Translations under genes and position numbers: made by a program
IMG/VR virus record: IMGVR_UViG_3300045988_095964
Source of the DNA: a virus
Strand: one strand, 5' to 3'
DNA: 64,000 bases
Shown: positions 7,583-15,117 of the stretch, piece after piece
Position numbering within the stretch: the stretch's first letter is position 1
Layout of the letters: each line of letters opens with the position of its first letter
The notes under the pieces: model-generated
The model's database searches: none
What the model was told of the DNA's origin: nothing
The model's input: only the letters and a program-made list of their open reading frames with translations

Positions 7583-7939
7583 ATGTTTAACAGAGGAGTA
7601 CAGAAAACGGATGGTGACATACTGAGTAAACTCAGGGTCACAAGTAAATTAGCGGTTAAGCTCTCTTGCATAAGTATCTACCCGAATGATATTATAAAGG
7701 CAGAGCAATTGTATGAGTTCATTGTTAAGGATATGCCGAACTTGCCCGATACGGACCCAGTTCCGCCAACGGGATTCGAGAAGGTGAAAACCGGAGTTGG
7801 CGATATGGTCGGTTTTATCCGAAACAACAAGGACGATATTATGCAGGTAGTTCAAATCGTACAGGGTTTGGTCTCCCGCAGAGGTGGAGTTCCTATCCCA
7901 CAAGCTCCGGTAGAAGTCCCTCCTTTACCTAAAATGTAA
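7583..7939 (+). CDS. hypothetical protein
   Basis: A 118-aa ATG ORF. Its stop overlaps the next start. Confidence 0.5.
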   Translation: MFNRGVQKTDGDILSKLRVTSKLAVKLSCISIYPNDIIKAEQLYEFIVKDMPNLPDTDPVPPTGFEKVKTGVGDMVGFIRNNKDDIMQVVQIVQGLVSRRGGVPIPQAPVEVPPLPKM

Positions 7940-8142
7940 TGGAACCGTACAAGATTGAGTTCTACCTTTACGCGAACAGTGAACAGGAAGCGGTCAACGC
8001 TCGAAAAGCTATTGAGGACTTTATCGAGGAGAACCGCAAACAGGGTATCGTGGTTACTGCAAAGAAAATTGCGGAAGCTGTACCCAAGTGGAAAAATAAC
8101 CCGCTCATAAGGAGCGCTATTATTAACTTTTTTGCAAGATAG
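7939..8142 (+). CDS. hypothetical protein
   Basis: A 67-aa ATG ORF sharing a TAATG overlap with the upstream gene. Confidence 0.5.
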   Translation: MEPYKIEFYLYANSEQEAVNARKAIEDFIEENRKQGIVVTAKKIAEAVPKWKNNPLIRSAIINFFAR

Positions 8143-8144
8143 CT

Positions 8145-8342
8145 ATGGCTAAACAAGGATGCGATAACGACTGTATGACCTGCCCGACGCAACAGCAATC
8201 ATGTTGCGCCGTACTTATGGCCAAGAAAAACCAAGAACTCCTTATGGCGATTGCTACGGCTCTCGATCCTATCGTTAGGGAGGTTACGTTGGTTGCCCCA
8301 AATCTGGGCGGGGAGGAAGTCCCGGAGAAACCCAAAAAATAA
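8145..8342 (+). CDS. Small Cys-rich protein
   Basis: 65 aa, containing CDNDCMTCPTQQQSCC. Confidence 0.45.
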   Translation: MAKQGCDNDCMTCPTQQQSCCAVLMAKKNQELLMAIATALDPIVREVTLVAPNLGGEEVPEKPKK

Positions 8343-8354
8343 TTCAATAAGGTT

Positions 8355-8795
8355 ATGATTCACGTAACACCTATTGCAATTTCGGCTACCTCGCAACAGT
8401 ATGCTTGTAGCGTAACCGAGAATCTGTGTCAATGCTACTGCTTGAACGCAGACATTCAGCCCACTTTCCAAGTGAGCTATTCCGTCGGTGACCAAAAGGT
8501 CGTCAACGGGATGACCTACCTTACGATTGTGGCCAACGGAAACATCACGTATCTCCCGCGGGGTGCGAACAAGTGTTGCTGTCGGCCGCTGGTGAAGATG
8601 TTCACGGAGTCGTTCGACGTGATCTTCGCTTCGGCAGAAACCGCCGCTCCGACCCTTACGCAGGGAACCACCATCGGCTCTGCGGCTAACGTGAAGTGCA
8701 ACGGCAACGTATTCGGCTACAATCTTCTCACGCCGCTGACGATTGCCTTTGCCGCCGCACCTGCAAACGCTGAGGCCGCAGTAGCTAAGAAATAA
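8355..8795 (+). CDS. Cys-rich hypothetical protein
   Basis: 146 aa, containing CQCYC and KCCCRP. Confidence 0.5.
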   Translation: MIHVTPIAISATSQQYACSVTENLCQCYCLNADIQPTFQVSYSVGDQKVVNGMTYLTIVANGNITYLPRGANKCCCRPLVKMFTESFDVIFASAETAAPTLTQGTTIGSAANVKCNGNVFGYNLLTPLTIAFAAAPANAEAAVAKK

Positions 8796-9097
8796 TGGAC
8801 AGTATTCTGATAACCCTATGCGCCGTACTGTTTAACGTGTCCGGCCTCGCAGAAACCGTAACGTTTCATATCGAGAGAAATGTTGTGGTAAACTGTTCGA
8901 AGTGCTTGACCTTTTGGACAGTGTTGGCGTATGGGGTTGTCAGTACCGACTTTTCCGTTCGAACGCTTGCCGTTGCCTTTGGGTGTAGTTACATGGCTTT
9001 GTGGTTAGAACTGGGTTTTTCATGTCTCAATTCACTTTACAACAGACTTTATGGGAAAATTTATTCCGGTGAAACCGAAAGCGGTAAAGAACATTAA
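8795..9097 (+). CDS. Membrane protein
   Basis: 100 aa with three hydrophobic segments and a TAATG overlap with the upstream gene. Confidence 0.5.
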   Translation: MDSILITLCAVLFNVSGLAETVTFHIERNVVVNCSKCLTFWTVLAYGVVSTDFSVRTLAVAFGCSYMALWLELGFSCLNSLYNRLYGKIYSGETESGKEH

Positions 9098-9137
9098 ACC
9101 GAACTGCCCGAAATGTGGCAGGTAAAACTCTACAATT

Positions 9138-9653
9138 ATGACTAAGGAGGAAATATTCGAGAAATTCGATTGTATCGCCGCAGAGGTGATGCAGGAGAAA
9201 GATGCCGAAGACATCGCCGTAACGTTCGCTACGTTCCGCAAAACGTTGGAACGGTTATCGGTACATTGTCCGAAAGACGCATCAGACATTTTTGAGTGCT
9301 TCGAGGGCACTCTCAGGTACTACAATTTCTTAACCGAAGATGAGGCAGAGGGCGTGGTCAGCCGCCTTATCAATCAGGACGGTTCCCGTGGTCCCCGTTG
9401 GCGCAATGCCAATGAGCTGTGGAACATGGTGCAACAGAACGGTGGCGCTATCGAGTGTGAGCCGCACTACAATAAGTTGGCCCTTTACGCGACGATGAAT
9501 TATTTCGCGTCGAATCAGGGTGCCAATCTGATGAAGTGGGCTGGTGACAGCCGTGATCGCTACTTTGAGATGTGCTACGATTTCGCAGTCACTCAACTGA
9601 AAGATAAGGACGATCTCAACTGGGCACGTCGAACATTCAGCTTATCAAAATAA
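9138..9653 (+). CDS. hypothetical protein
   Basis: A 171-aa ATG ORF followed by a terminator. Confidence 0.55.
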   Translation: MTKEEIFEKFDCIAAEVMQEKDAEDIAVTFATFRKTLERLSVHCPKDASDIFECFEGTLRYYNFLTEDEAEGVVSRLINQDGSRGPRWRNANELWNMVQQNGGAIECEPHYNKLALYATMNYFASNQGANLMKWAGDSRDRYFEMCYDFAVTQLKDKDDLNWARRTFSLSK

Positions 9654-9675
9654 AAGACCCTCTGTGCTTCTCGGT

Positions 9676-9708
9676 GGGGGCGACGGTGTAATGCTGTCGC
9701 TCCCTTTT
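9676..9708 (+). terminator. Rho-independent terminator
   Basis: An 11-bp stem gggggcgacgg/ctgtcgctccc (two G-U pairs) followed by TTTT. Confidence 0.7.
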
Positions 9709-9734
9709 GTGTTTATATGGCTCTTTCTGAGACG

Positions 9735-9766
9735 TTTGGAACTTTCAAAATTAATTTTTATATTTG
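9735..9766 (+). promoter_or_regulatory. Class-1 phage promoter, copy P2
   Basis: tttggaactttcaaaattaatttttatatttg matches copy P5 at 31 of 32 positions. Confidence 0.65.
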
Positions 9767-9803
9767 TATACGTTCAAACGATAAAACCTAATACTATTAT
9801 AGT

Positions 9804-10055
9804 ATGGACGATAACACTAAATTCGGTATTTATTCCCGGTATGGGTATATTCCGAAACAGTCTGAGCCTCGAACCGCTAAACCTAAACCCGCGGGCTACA
9901 ATTTGGTAGAGGTTGTCGGTAATCGTGAGAGCGTCATTCAGTCGGCGCTCCCTAACCAATATGGATTACTGGTGTCGAAAAGAAAAGAGCTGATGCGCCA
10001 AGCGTGCTACGCAAACGGCGTAATTAAGCTCAAAATCAAACCTTACTACAATTAG
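9804..10055 (+). CDS. hypothetical protein
   Basis: An 83-aa ATG ORF downstream of P2. Confidence 0.5.
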   Translation: MDDNTKFGIYSRYGYIPKQSEPRTAKPKPAGYNLVEVVGNRESVIQSALPNQYGLLVSKRKELMRQACYANGVIKLKIKPYYN

Positions 10056-10056
10056 C

Positions 10057-10260
10057 ATGGTAAATACAACGAATCCGACCACGGCTATCGGTGAGAATAT
10101 TCAGTATGCTTGGCCATCCAAGTACACGTTCTTCGGAACCATCGAAGACATTATGAATTATATCGCCAAACGAAAGGAGATCGCCCGCCGTCAGTTGTTG
10201 AACGAGATACGTTTGAGCCGTAAAGTGCCTACTGACAATGAGCTGTACGAAGAATACTAA
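10057..10260 (+). CDS. hypothetical protein
   Basis: A 67-aa ATG ORF starting 2 nt after the upstream stop. Confidence 0.5.
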   Translation: MVNTTNPTTAIGENIQYAWPSKYTFFGTIEDIMNYIAKRKEIARRQLLNEIRLSRKVPTDNELYEEY

Positions 10261-10431
10261 AGAGGAATTAAACTGGCAGTATAAACAGGAGTTTTACTAT
10301 GGTGCTCTCCCGGAGGAAGCCTTGCAAAGGTATGGAGAATACGGTTGGGAACTGGTAACTGTTGTACCCATGCCACGACAAGAATTTTATACATTTTAAG
10401 CGTCCTCGCAATTACTCTGTTCGAGAATAAG

Positions 10432-10439
10432 TATATTTG
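10432..10439 (+). promoter_or_regulatory. -7 box TAtaTTTG
   Basis: Exact TAnnTTTG 14 nt before the ATG at 10453. Confidence 0.4.
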
Positions 10440-10452
10440 CAAAAAATTAGCT

Positions 10453-10758
10453 ATGGACATTCGTATTCGTGAGGGCATTTATATCCACAATGATGCCGCA
10501 GGTGTTGAGACATCTATCCGTCCGGAAACGGTCGGTTTCGAACGCAAAGGGGTTATTTGGTTCTCTGACGTGACTAAAACGGTACGCATAGGATTCAGTA
10601 AGGAATTCTGCAAGGAGAACAAGATGATGTTCCAAGTGGCGCCGTCTATCTCTGACCGTGAAATCTCTTTGCGCCAAGCCCTCTTAATCGTGCAGGAGGG
10701 ATGCCGTAACGCCGGTATCGACCCTACGGAGGTGATGCACAAACTGAACGAGCTATGA
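10453..10758 (+). CDS. hypothetical protein
   Basis: ATG at 10453 (MDIRIREGIY..) inside track ORF 10345-10758. Confidence 0.5.
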   Translation: MDIRIREGIYIHNDAAGVETSIRPETVGFERKGVIWFSDVTKTVRIGFSKEFCKENKMMFQVAPSISDREISLRQALLIVQEGCRNAGIDPTEVMHKLNEL

Positions 10759-11048
10759 TACGTTTGATCGAACGGATTAACGGTTTCTTCGAAGCCAAAT
10801 CTTCACGGAGGTTCTTCCAACAATGGAGGTGGGCAGGGATGCTTCTCGCGTTCCTAATTGCTTTCCTTATCAATGCCCGATGCGGAGTTATTTTCTGTTT
10901 CGGTGTTCAGATGGGGAACGTCTTTCGGGGGCGACAATTCAACTGGTATGACTTTGCGGCGCATCTGTTTGGTGTATTCATTTCGCTGGCGATCTGCAAT
11001 ACCGCATTATTCATTGCCAAGATGATTATAAACTATACTGGGATATAG
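10755..11048 (+). CDS. Membrane protein
   Basis: 97 aa with an ATGA overlap and two or three hydrophobic segments. Confidence 0.5.
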   Translation: MIRLIERINGFFEAKSSRRFFQQWRWAGMLLAFLIAFLINARCGVIFCFGVQMGNVFRGRQFNWYDFAAHLFGVFISLAICNTALFIAKMIINYTGI

Positions 11049-11232
11049 TCTTTCAGCTTCCATAAAGTGGTTATAAAATTCTACGGCTCTGCCTTGCTGT
11101 GAAGCCCGGCATCCAAATATCCCAGTAACCTATCGCACACCCATCTATGCGAGGTATCTGTACAACGGGTGTTTGTGCAGGTAATTGGTTTGGGGCGTAC
11201 CAACCGTCATAATACAGGAAAACGCCCTACGC

Positions 11233-11303
11233 TGAGCTATGGTGTAATGGTAACACACAAGATTTTGGTTCTTGGATTATCGGTTCGAACCCGGTTAGCT
11301 CAA
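11233..11303 (+). tRNA. tRNA-Gln (anticodon UUG)
   Basis: Hand-folded cloverleaf. Acceptor tgagcta/tagctca with a U1-A72 pair, typical of tRNA-Gln. D stem gtgt/acac. Anticodon stem caaga/tcttg with loop ttTTGgt. T arm atcgg-ttcgaac-ccggt. No encoded CCA. Confidence 0.8.
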
Positions 11304-11308
11304 CTAAG

Positions 11309-11437
11309 AGGGTTCCTCCTAAGTGGTTGCAAAGATAGTAACATGGTGGAACATGTCGCCGCACAACTCCATCGACGGATAGCGAGTTTGGGAGAGTAGG
11401 TTAAAGTCCTACCGCCAGCTTAGGATGAACCCTTTTT
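11309..11437 (+). ncRNA. Candidate structured RNA directly 3' of tRNA-Gln
   Basis: agggttcctcctaag (11309-11323) pairs 14/15 with cttaggatgaaccct (11419-11433) and is followed by TTTTT. It encloses 95 nt containing a T-arm-like hairpin gtagg-ttaaagt-cctac. No ORF is present. Confidence 0.4.
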
Positions 11438-11465
11438 ACAGACAATAATCATAACTCATTATATC

Positions 11466-11882
11466 ATGCAACTGGACAAATCGTATGCGTCTATAACTCT
11501 TGCAGCTATGGCAATGCACAGAGGATTCGACGAGCATTGCTCCGTATTCATTTCGCCGAACCACATGCAAGAGGTTAGTCGTAAAGCCCTTATCGTAGAC
11601 GGTGCAGTTATGGACAATCAGTTACTTCCCATTCCGACACTGGAGCAGATACAACGGTGGCTTCGTGAAAAACACAAGATAAACGTTTACTGCGTTTGGC
11701 ATCTTGTCGATACCCCTCCGTTTAACGGAGTGTGGATTCCGTTTATGGGTGAAGACGCAATAACCTATCAGGGTTCTAAGTTAGACTCCATTCGATACGT
11801 GCAGGAAGAATCCGATTACTACGACGCTTTGGCTTTTGCGGTACACAAAGGGTTATTAAAACTCCAAGATTTTAAGGAATAA
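11466..11882 (+). CDS. hypothetical protein
   Basis: A 138-aa ATG ORF between two tRNAs. Confidence 0.55.
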   Translation: MQLDKSYASITLAAMAMHRGFDEHCSVFISPNHMQEVSRKALIVDGAVMDNQLLPIPTLEQIQRWLREKHKINVYCVWHLVDTPPFNGVWIPFMGEDAITYQGSKLDSIRYVQEESDYYDALAFAVHKGLLKLQDFKE

Positions 11883-11887
11883 AAGTT

Positions 11888-11973
11888 GCTCGGATGGTGA
11901 AACAGGTAGACACGCCGGACTTAAAATCCTGTGACCAGCAATGGTCGTGCGGGTTCGATTCCCGCTCCGAGTA
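11888..11973 (+). tRNA. tRNA-Leu (anticodon UAA), class II
   Basis: Acceptor gctcgga/tccgagt (G1-U72). D arm gtg-aaacaggtaga-cac. Anticodon loop ctTAAaa, with one C-U mismatch in the stem. Variable arm gacca-gcaa-tggtc. T arm gcggg-ttcgatt-cccgc. Confidence 0.75.
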
Positions 11974-12040
11974 CTAATTTTTACACACATGGACAAACAA
12001 GAACTTATCGCAAAAATTGGCTATCTTGCCATTTCTTGCT

Positions 12041-12117
12041 TATATTTGCGGTACTAATATGTAAAGAATTCGCTGTTTACTTTACATGTCCAAGAGAATA
12101 TGTAAAGGTTCTTTACA
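12041..12117 (+). promoter_or_regulatory. -7 box TAtaTTTG followed by two TGTAAAG/CTTTACA palindromes
   Basis: TAtaTTTG at 12041-12048. atgtaaag (12059-66) pairs with ctttacat (12080-87), and tgtaaag (12101-07) pairs with ctttaca (12111-17). Confidence 0.4.
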
Positions 12118-12169
12118 CGTTACCACACGCTCCCTAAGAACGCGGCGTGTTGGTTCTTTCCCATCTTAC

Positions 12170-12435
12170 AAACTTGGAGAGTAGCCGTACTGCCTTGCGT
12201 AGCGTCCGGTGAAGGTTCTCCGCCCCTATTGTTTATAAGCCCCACGCCTGCATGGGTACAAGCAGGAAGCGGAAGGTGGTTTCAGTGCGCAACGAGTTTG
12301 ACACCGACCGCGTTTTATAAGGGACCTGCCCGAAAGTAGAGTAAGGCGCAGGTGAATACCGGTGACAAGTCCGGCTACCAACTATGTTCATCGCAGGCTG
12401 GTGCAAGTGCAATATACTGCCACGGGGTCCCTTAA
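12170..12435 (+). ncRNA. Candidate structured RNA between tRNA-Leu and tRNA-Ser
   Basis: ORF-free and GC-rich. A long-range helix pairs taagggacc (12318-26) with ggtccctta (12426-34). Local hairpins include cctgc-N10-gcagg, ccgg-tgacaagt-ccgg and acctgc-N18-gcaggt. The region starts with ggagagt, the same 7 nt as the tRNA-Ser acceptor. Confidence 0.35.
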
Positions 12436-12439
12436 TTTT

Positions 12440-12524
12440 GGAGAGTTGGCTGAGTGGTCGAAAGCACCTGCCTACTAATCAGGCGTACCGTAAGGTACCG
12501 GGGGTTCGAATCCCTCACTCTCCG
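12440..12524 (+). tRNA. Class II tRNA, Ser-like; anticodon read by eye as ACU
   Basis: The fold parallels E. coli tRNA-Ser: ggagagt-tg-gct-gagtggtcgaa-agc-a-cctgc-CTACTAA-tcagg. Variable arm gtacc-gtaa-ggtac, T arm ggggg-ttcgaat-ccctc, then actctcc-g. Confidence 0.7.
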
Positions 12525-12553
12525 CTATAACCCTTTCTTAGAAATTTCCCCTT

Positions 12554-12754
12554 TTGAATATGAAAGCAATTATCACAAAGAAAACTGAGTGTTTTCCTAC
12601 CGAGTTATTTCGAGAGTCACTTAGTGACAATCTTTTCGATTTCAAAGAAATCGTCACTACTGTATACTTTATCGGCATTCCGATATTCTGTGCCGTGAAG
12701 AAATTAGGGAACAACAAACCTAAGAAGAAATTCAACGTTTTTTTCAAAGCATGA
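12554..12754 (+). CDS. hypothetical protein
   Basis: A 66-aa ATG ORF with an ATGA overlap to the next gene. Confidence 0.4.
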   Translation: MNMKAIITKKTECFPTELFRESLSDNLFDFKEIVTTVYFIGIPIFCAVKKLGNNKPKKKFNVFFKA

Positions 12755-13038
12755 AGATTAGTAAACTTCGAGAGTTTCGTGATCGGGCTATTGATAATGT
12801 CCGATTGGATTTTTACCCTGCGTATGATGCGTGGGGTATTTCTTTTTCGAGTAGTCCGGAGATCATTTATATCCGGAGTACCTCTGAGATGTCTCGTAAA
12901 CTTCGAGAAATTCGCCGTAACTATATATTAGGCCAAGTGCGAACGTATCGTCGGGAGCTTTACGAAATGCGGCGACAAGGGTGTTTTCAGTACCTTATGT
13001 CCTGCTTGCTGACAAGATTTATTTGCGGACGCCCGTAA
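12751..13038 (+). CDS. hypothetical protein
   Basis: A 95-aa basic ATG ORF. Confidence 0.45.
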   Translation: MKISKLREFRDRAIDNVRLDFYPAYDAWGISFSSSPEIIYIRSTSEMSRKLREIRRNYILGQVRTYRRELYEMRRQGCFQYLMSCLLTRFICGRP

Positions 13039-13082
13039 TTCGAAAAAGTTTCGTATATTTGGGCATCAGATAAATCTTAACT

Positions 13083-13751
13083 ATGGCTCTTGACTGTAAC
13101 AAAACCGACGAACAACTGGGCATAGAAATCGGCAAACTTCTTTCCGAAGCTGGTGTCGAAACCCCTTGCATCAAATCCGAGTTTTCCGACAAGGAGAAAA
13201 TTGAAATGATCCAAGCTGACTTTGCGCATATCATGCTGACACTCGGTTTGGCTCTCTCGGATGATTCCCTCCATGAAACACCGCGACGTGTCGCCAAGAT
13301 GTTCGTGCGGGAAATCTTTTGGGGACTCGACTACAAGAACTTCCCCAAGTGCACCACTATTGTGAACAAGATGGCCTATGATTCTATGGTAGTGGAGCGA
13401 CACATTAAGGTTACTTCCAACTGCGAGCATCACTTCGTTCCTATCCTCGGCGAAGCTACGGTTGCATATATTCCGAACGGTCGAATTTTGGGTCTCTCCA
13501 AGATGAACCGTGTAGTGGAATTCTTCTCGCGCCGTCCGCAAGTGCAGGAGCGTCTTGCCGAGCAAATCTATCTGGCACTGTCTTATATCCTTGGTACGCC
13601 GAGTGTGGCCGTCATCATTAAGGCGGAGCATTTGTGCGTTCGCACCCGCGGTGTAGAGGACTACAACAGTGATACTATCACTTCCAAGCTGGGAGGTGCT
13701 TTCGACGAAAGTTCCACCCGTGCAGAACTTATGCAACTTATCAAACAATAA
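13083..13751 (+). CDS. folE: GTP cyclohydrolase I
   Basis: Motifs SNCEHHFVPILGEATVAYIP, GLSKMNRVVEFFSRRPQVQERL and AEHLCVRTRGV match the FolE active-site signatures. Confidence 0.9.
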   Translation: MALDCNKTDEQLGIEIGKLLSEAGVETPCIKSEFSDKEKIEMIQADFAHIMLTLGLALSDDSLHETPRRVAKMFVREIFWGLDYKNFPKCTTIVNKMAYDSMVVERHIKVTSNCEHHFVPILGEATVAYIPNGRILGLSKMNRVVEFFSRRPQVQERLAEQIYLALSYILGTPSVAVIIKAEHLCVRTRGVEDYNSDTITSKLGGAFDESSTRAELMQLIKQ

Positions 13752-13755
13752 AATT

Positions 13756-14382
13756 ATGGGTTGGATTGGTATTCGGGGAATCCGAGTTTCCACCGACATT
13801 TTTACGACATATTTTTCGTGTGACTACGAGAAGTGCAAAGGCGCGTGTTGCTGGGCGAAAAATAAGGTTCCTACATTCGGAGGTGCTCTGACGCATGAGG
13901 AATGCGCAGAGATTCTCCGGAATCAAACCCTTATTCAGTCCTACGTGTCGCCCGAAATGCGCAAGAAGTTTGCACGGTCGCCCATAGTCGCTTCACGGGA
14001 TTACTCCACATCTGACGGGCGTTCCTATGCAATGGAAAACTACAAGGGTGGTTCGTGTCTGCTTTCCCGGCGAGACAAAAACTGTTGTGCCTTGGAACTG
14101 ATGCACGCCGAGGGAAAAGGGTTGTCGTTCTCCATTCCGGTTTACTGCTCACTGTACCCCTTAGTCTGGCATAATGCTGAGTTGCGACTGGATTTATCTC
14201 ACTTGTGGGATGACCAATGCTCTACGGCTTTCGACAAGGGGCGCCGTGAAAAAATGCCAGTATGGAAATTCGTCGAACCATCTATCAGACGACTTCTCGG
14301 CGATGAATTTTATACCGAGTTGGAAGAATACGCTAAACACTATAAGGAATGTTTGGACAAGACCTTTCCGCAATCGACATAG
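13756..14382 (+). CDS. Cys-rich protein (CxxCKGACC), DUF3109-like from memory
   Basis: FSCDYEKCKGACCWAKNKVPTFGGALTHEECAEIL plus later Cys residues. The family assignment is unverified. Confidence 0.45.
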   Translation: MGWIGIRGIRVSTDIFTTYFSCDYEKCKGACCWAKNKVPTFGGALTHEECAEILRNQTLIQSYVSPEMRKKFARSPIVASRDYSTSDGRSYAMENYKGGSCLLSRRDKNCCALELMHAEGKGLSFSIPVYCSLYPLVWHNAELRLDLSHLWDDQCSTAFDKGRREKMPVWKFVEPSIRRLLGDEFYTELEEYAKHYKECLDKTFPQST

Positions 14383-14639
14383 GGCTTATTTGTACCGTGA
14401 TCGTTGCAAGTATTTTGGCTCTTACGGAATGTTTCATTATTTTTTCGTATCTTCGCCACAAGAGATTCGAACGTGCACGGGAAGTAGAACACTACACTGA
14501 CTACACACATGGGAACTTGGTGATGCGTGTGTACAAAGCGGAGTTTGAATTTCAGGCAAAACGAGACATCCCTCTCTCCAAAATATTGGATGGGGGAGTA
14601 CTCTCTCAATACTATATGTGGATTTTATTCGAAAAGTAA
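14349..14639 (+). CDS. hypothetical membrane protein
   Basis: 96 aa with one TM segment (IGLICTVIVASILALTECFIIF). It overlaps the upstream gene by 34 nt, so the start is uncertain. Confidence 0.35.
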   Translation: MFGQDLSAIDIGLICTVIVASILALTECFIIFSYLRHKRFERAREVEHYTDYTHGNLVMRVYKAEFEFQAKRDIPLSKILDGGVLSQYYMWILFEK

Positions 14640-15106
14640 TGGCAACTGTAAATCAAACAACTCTGGACAAGTTACTGAACTTGGCCGCTTCGTGGCAGGT
14701 GTTCAACATTAAGGTGCACCAGTACCACTACAACATCAGCTCCTCCAATTTCAGGTCGCTCCACGCTCTTTTCAAAGAGTTGTACGAGGATGCCGACGAA
14801 CGGTACGACGAGGTTGCAGAACGTCTGCGCCAAATCGGTCAGAAAGTCGTGCTTTCGTGCGCTGACCTCGCTCGGCGGAGTGCTGTTTCCGACGATAACA
14901 GTGCGGCTACTCCCGAAGCTATGTTGCAGGGAGTGGTCGATTCGTTCGCCGCTATTACGACGCTTCAAACCGAGATTTGGTTCGAGAGCGACGAACAGAA
15001 GGACATGGTTACGAATGACCTCATGGTCCAGCTCAACAAGTATATCGACCTCAAGAACTGGATGGTTACTGCCCAAATGGGTAAAGAGGTCGTGCAAACC
15101 AAATAA
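14639..15106 (+). CDS. dps: Dps-family ferritin-like DNA-protection protein
   Basis: HQYHYNISSSNFRSLHALFKELYEDADERYDEVAERLRQIG carries the Dps ferroxidase H..H..D..E pattern. ATG at 14639. Confidence 0.8.
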   Translation: MATVNQTTLDKLLNLAASWQVFNIKVHQYHYNISSSNFRSLHALFKELYEDADERYDEVAERLRQIGQKVVLSCADLARRSAVSDDNSAATPEAMLQGVVDSFAAITTLQTEIWFESDEQKDMVTNDLMVQLNKYIDLKNWMVTAQMGKEVVQTK

Positions 15107-15117
15107 ACCCTACAACT

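Noticed and set aside
9664-9909. An 81-aa ORF downstream of 9138-9653.
   Set aside because: It spans a rho-independent terminator and class-1 promoter P2, and it has a non-ATG start.
11931-12137. A 68-aa ORF in the tRNA island.
   Set aside because: Its 5' part is the variable and T arms of tRNA-Leu. The rest covers a promoter box and palindromes.
12130-12435. Possible SRP (4.5S) RNA or tmRNA. The string tgttggttct matches a stretch of E. coli 4.5S RNA, and the region starts with a tRNA-like acceptor string.
   Set aside because: I could find no helix-8 GGAA tetraloop with symmetric-loop context. There is no G3-U70 acceptor, no tag-ORF and no pseudoknot arrangement. The 10-nt match is probably chance. 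It is kept only as an unclassified structured-RNA candidate.
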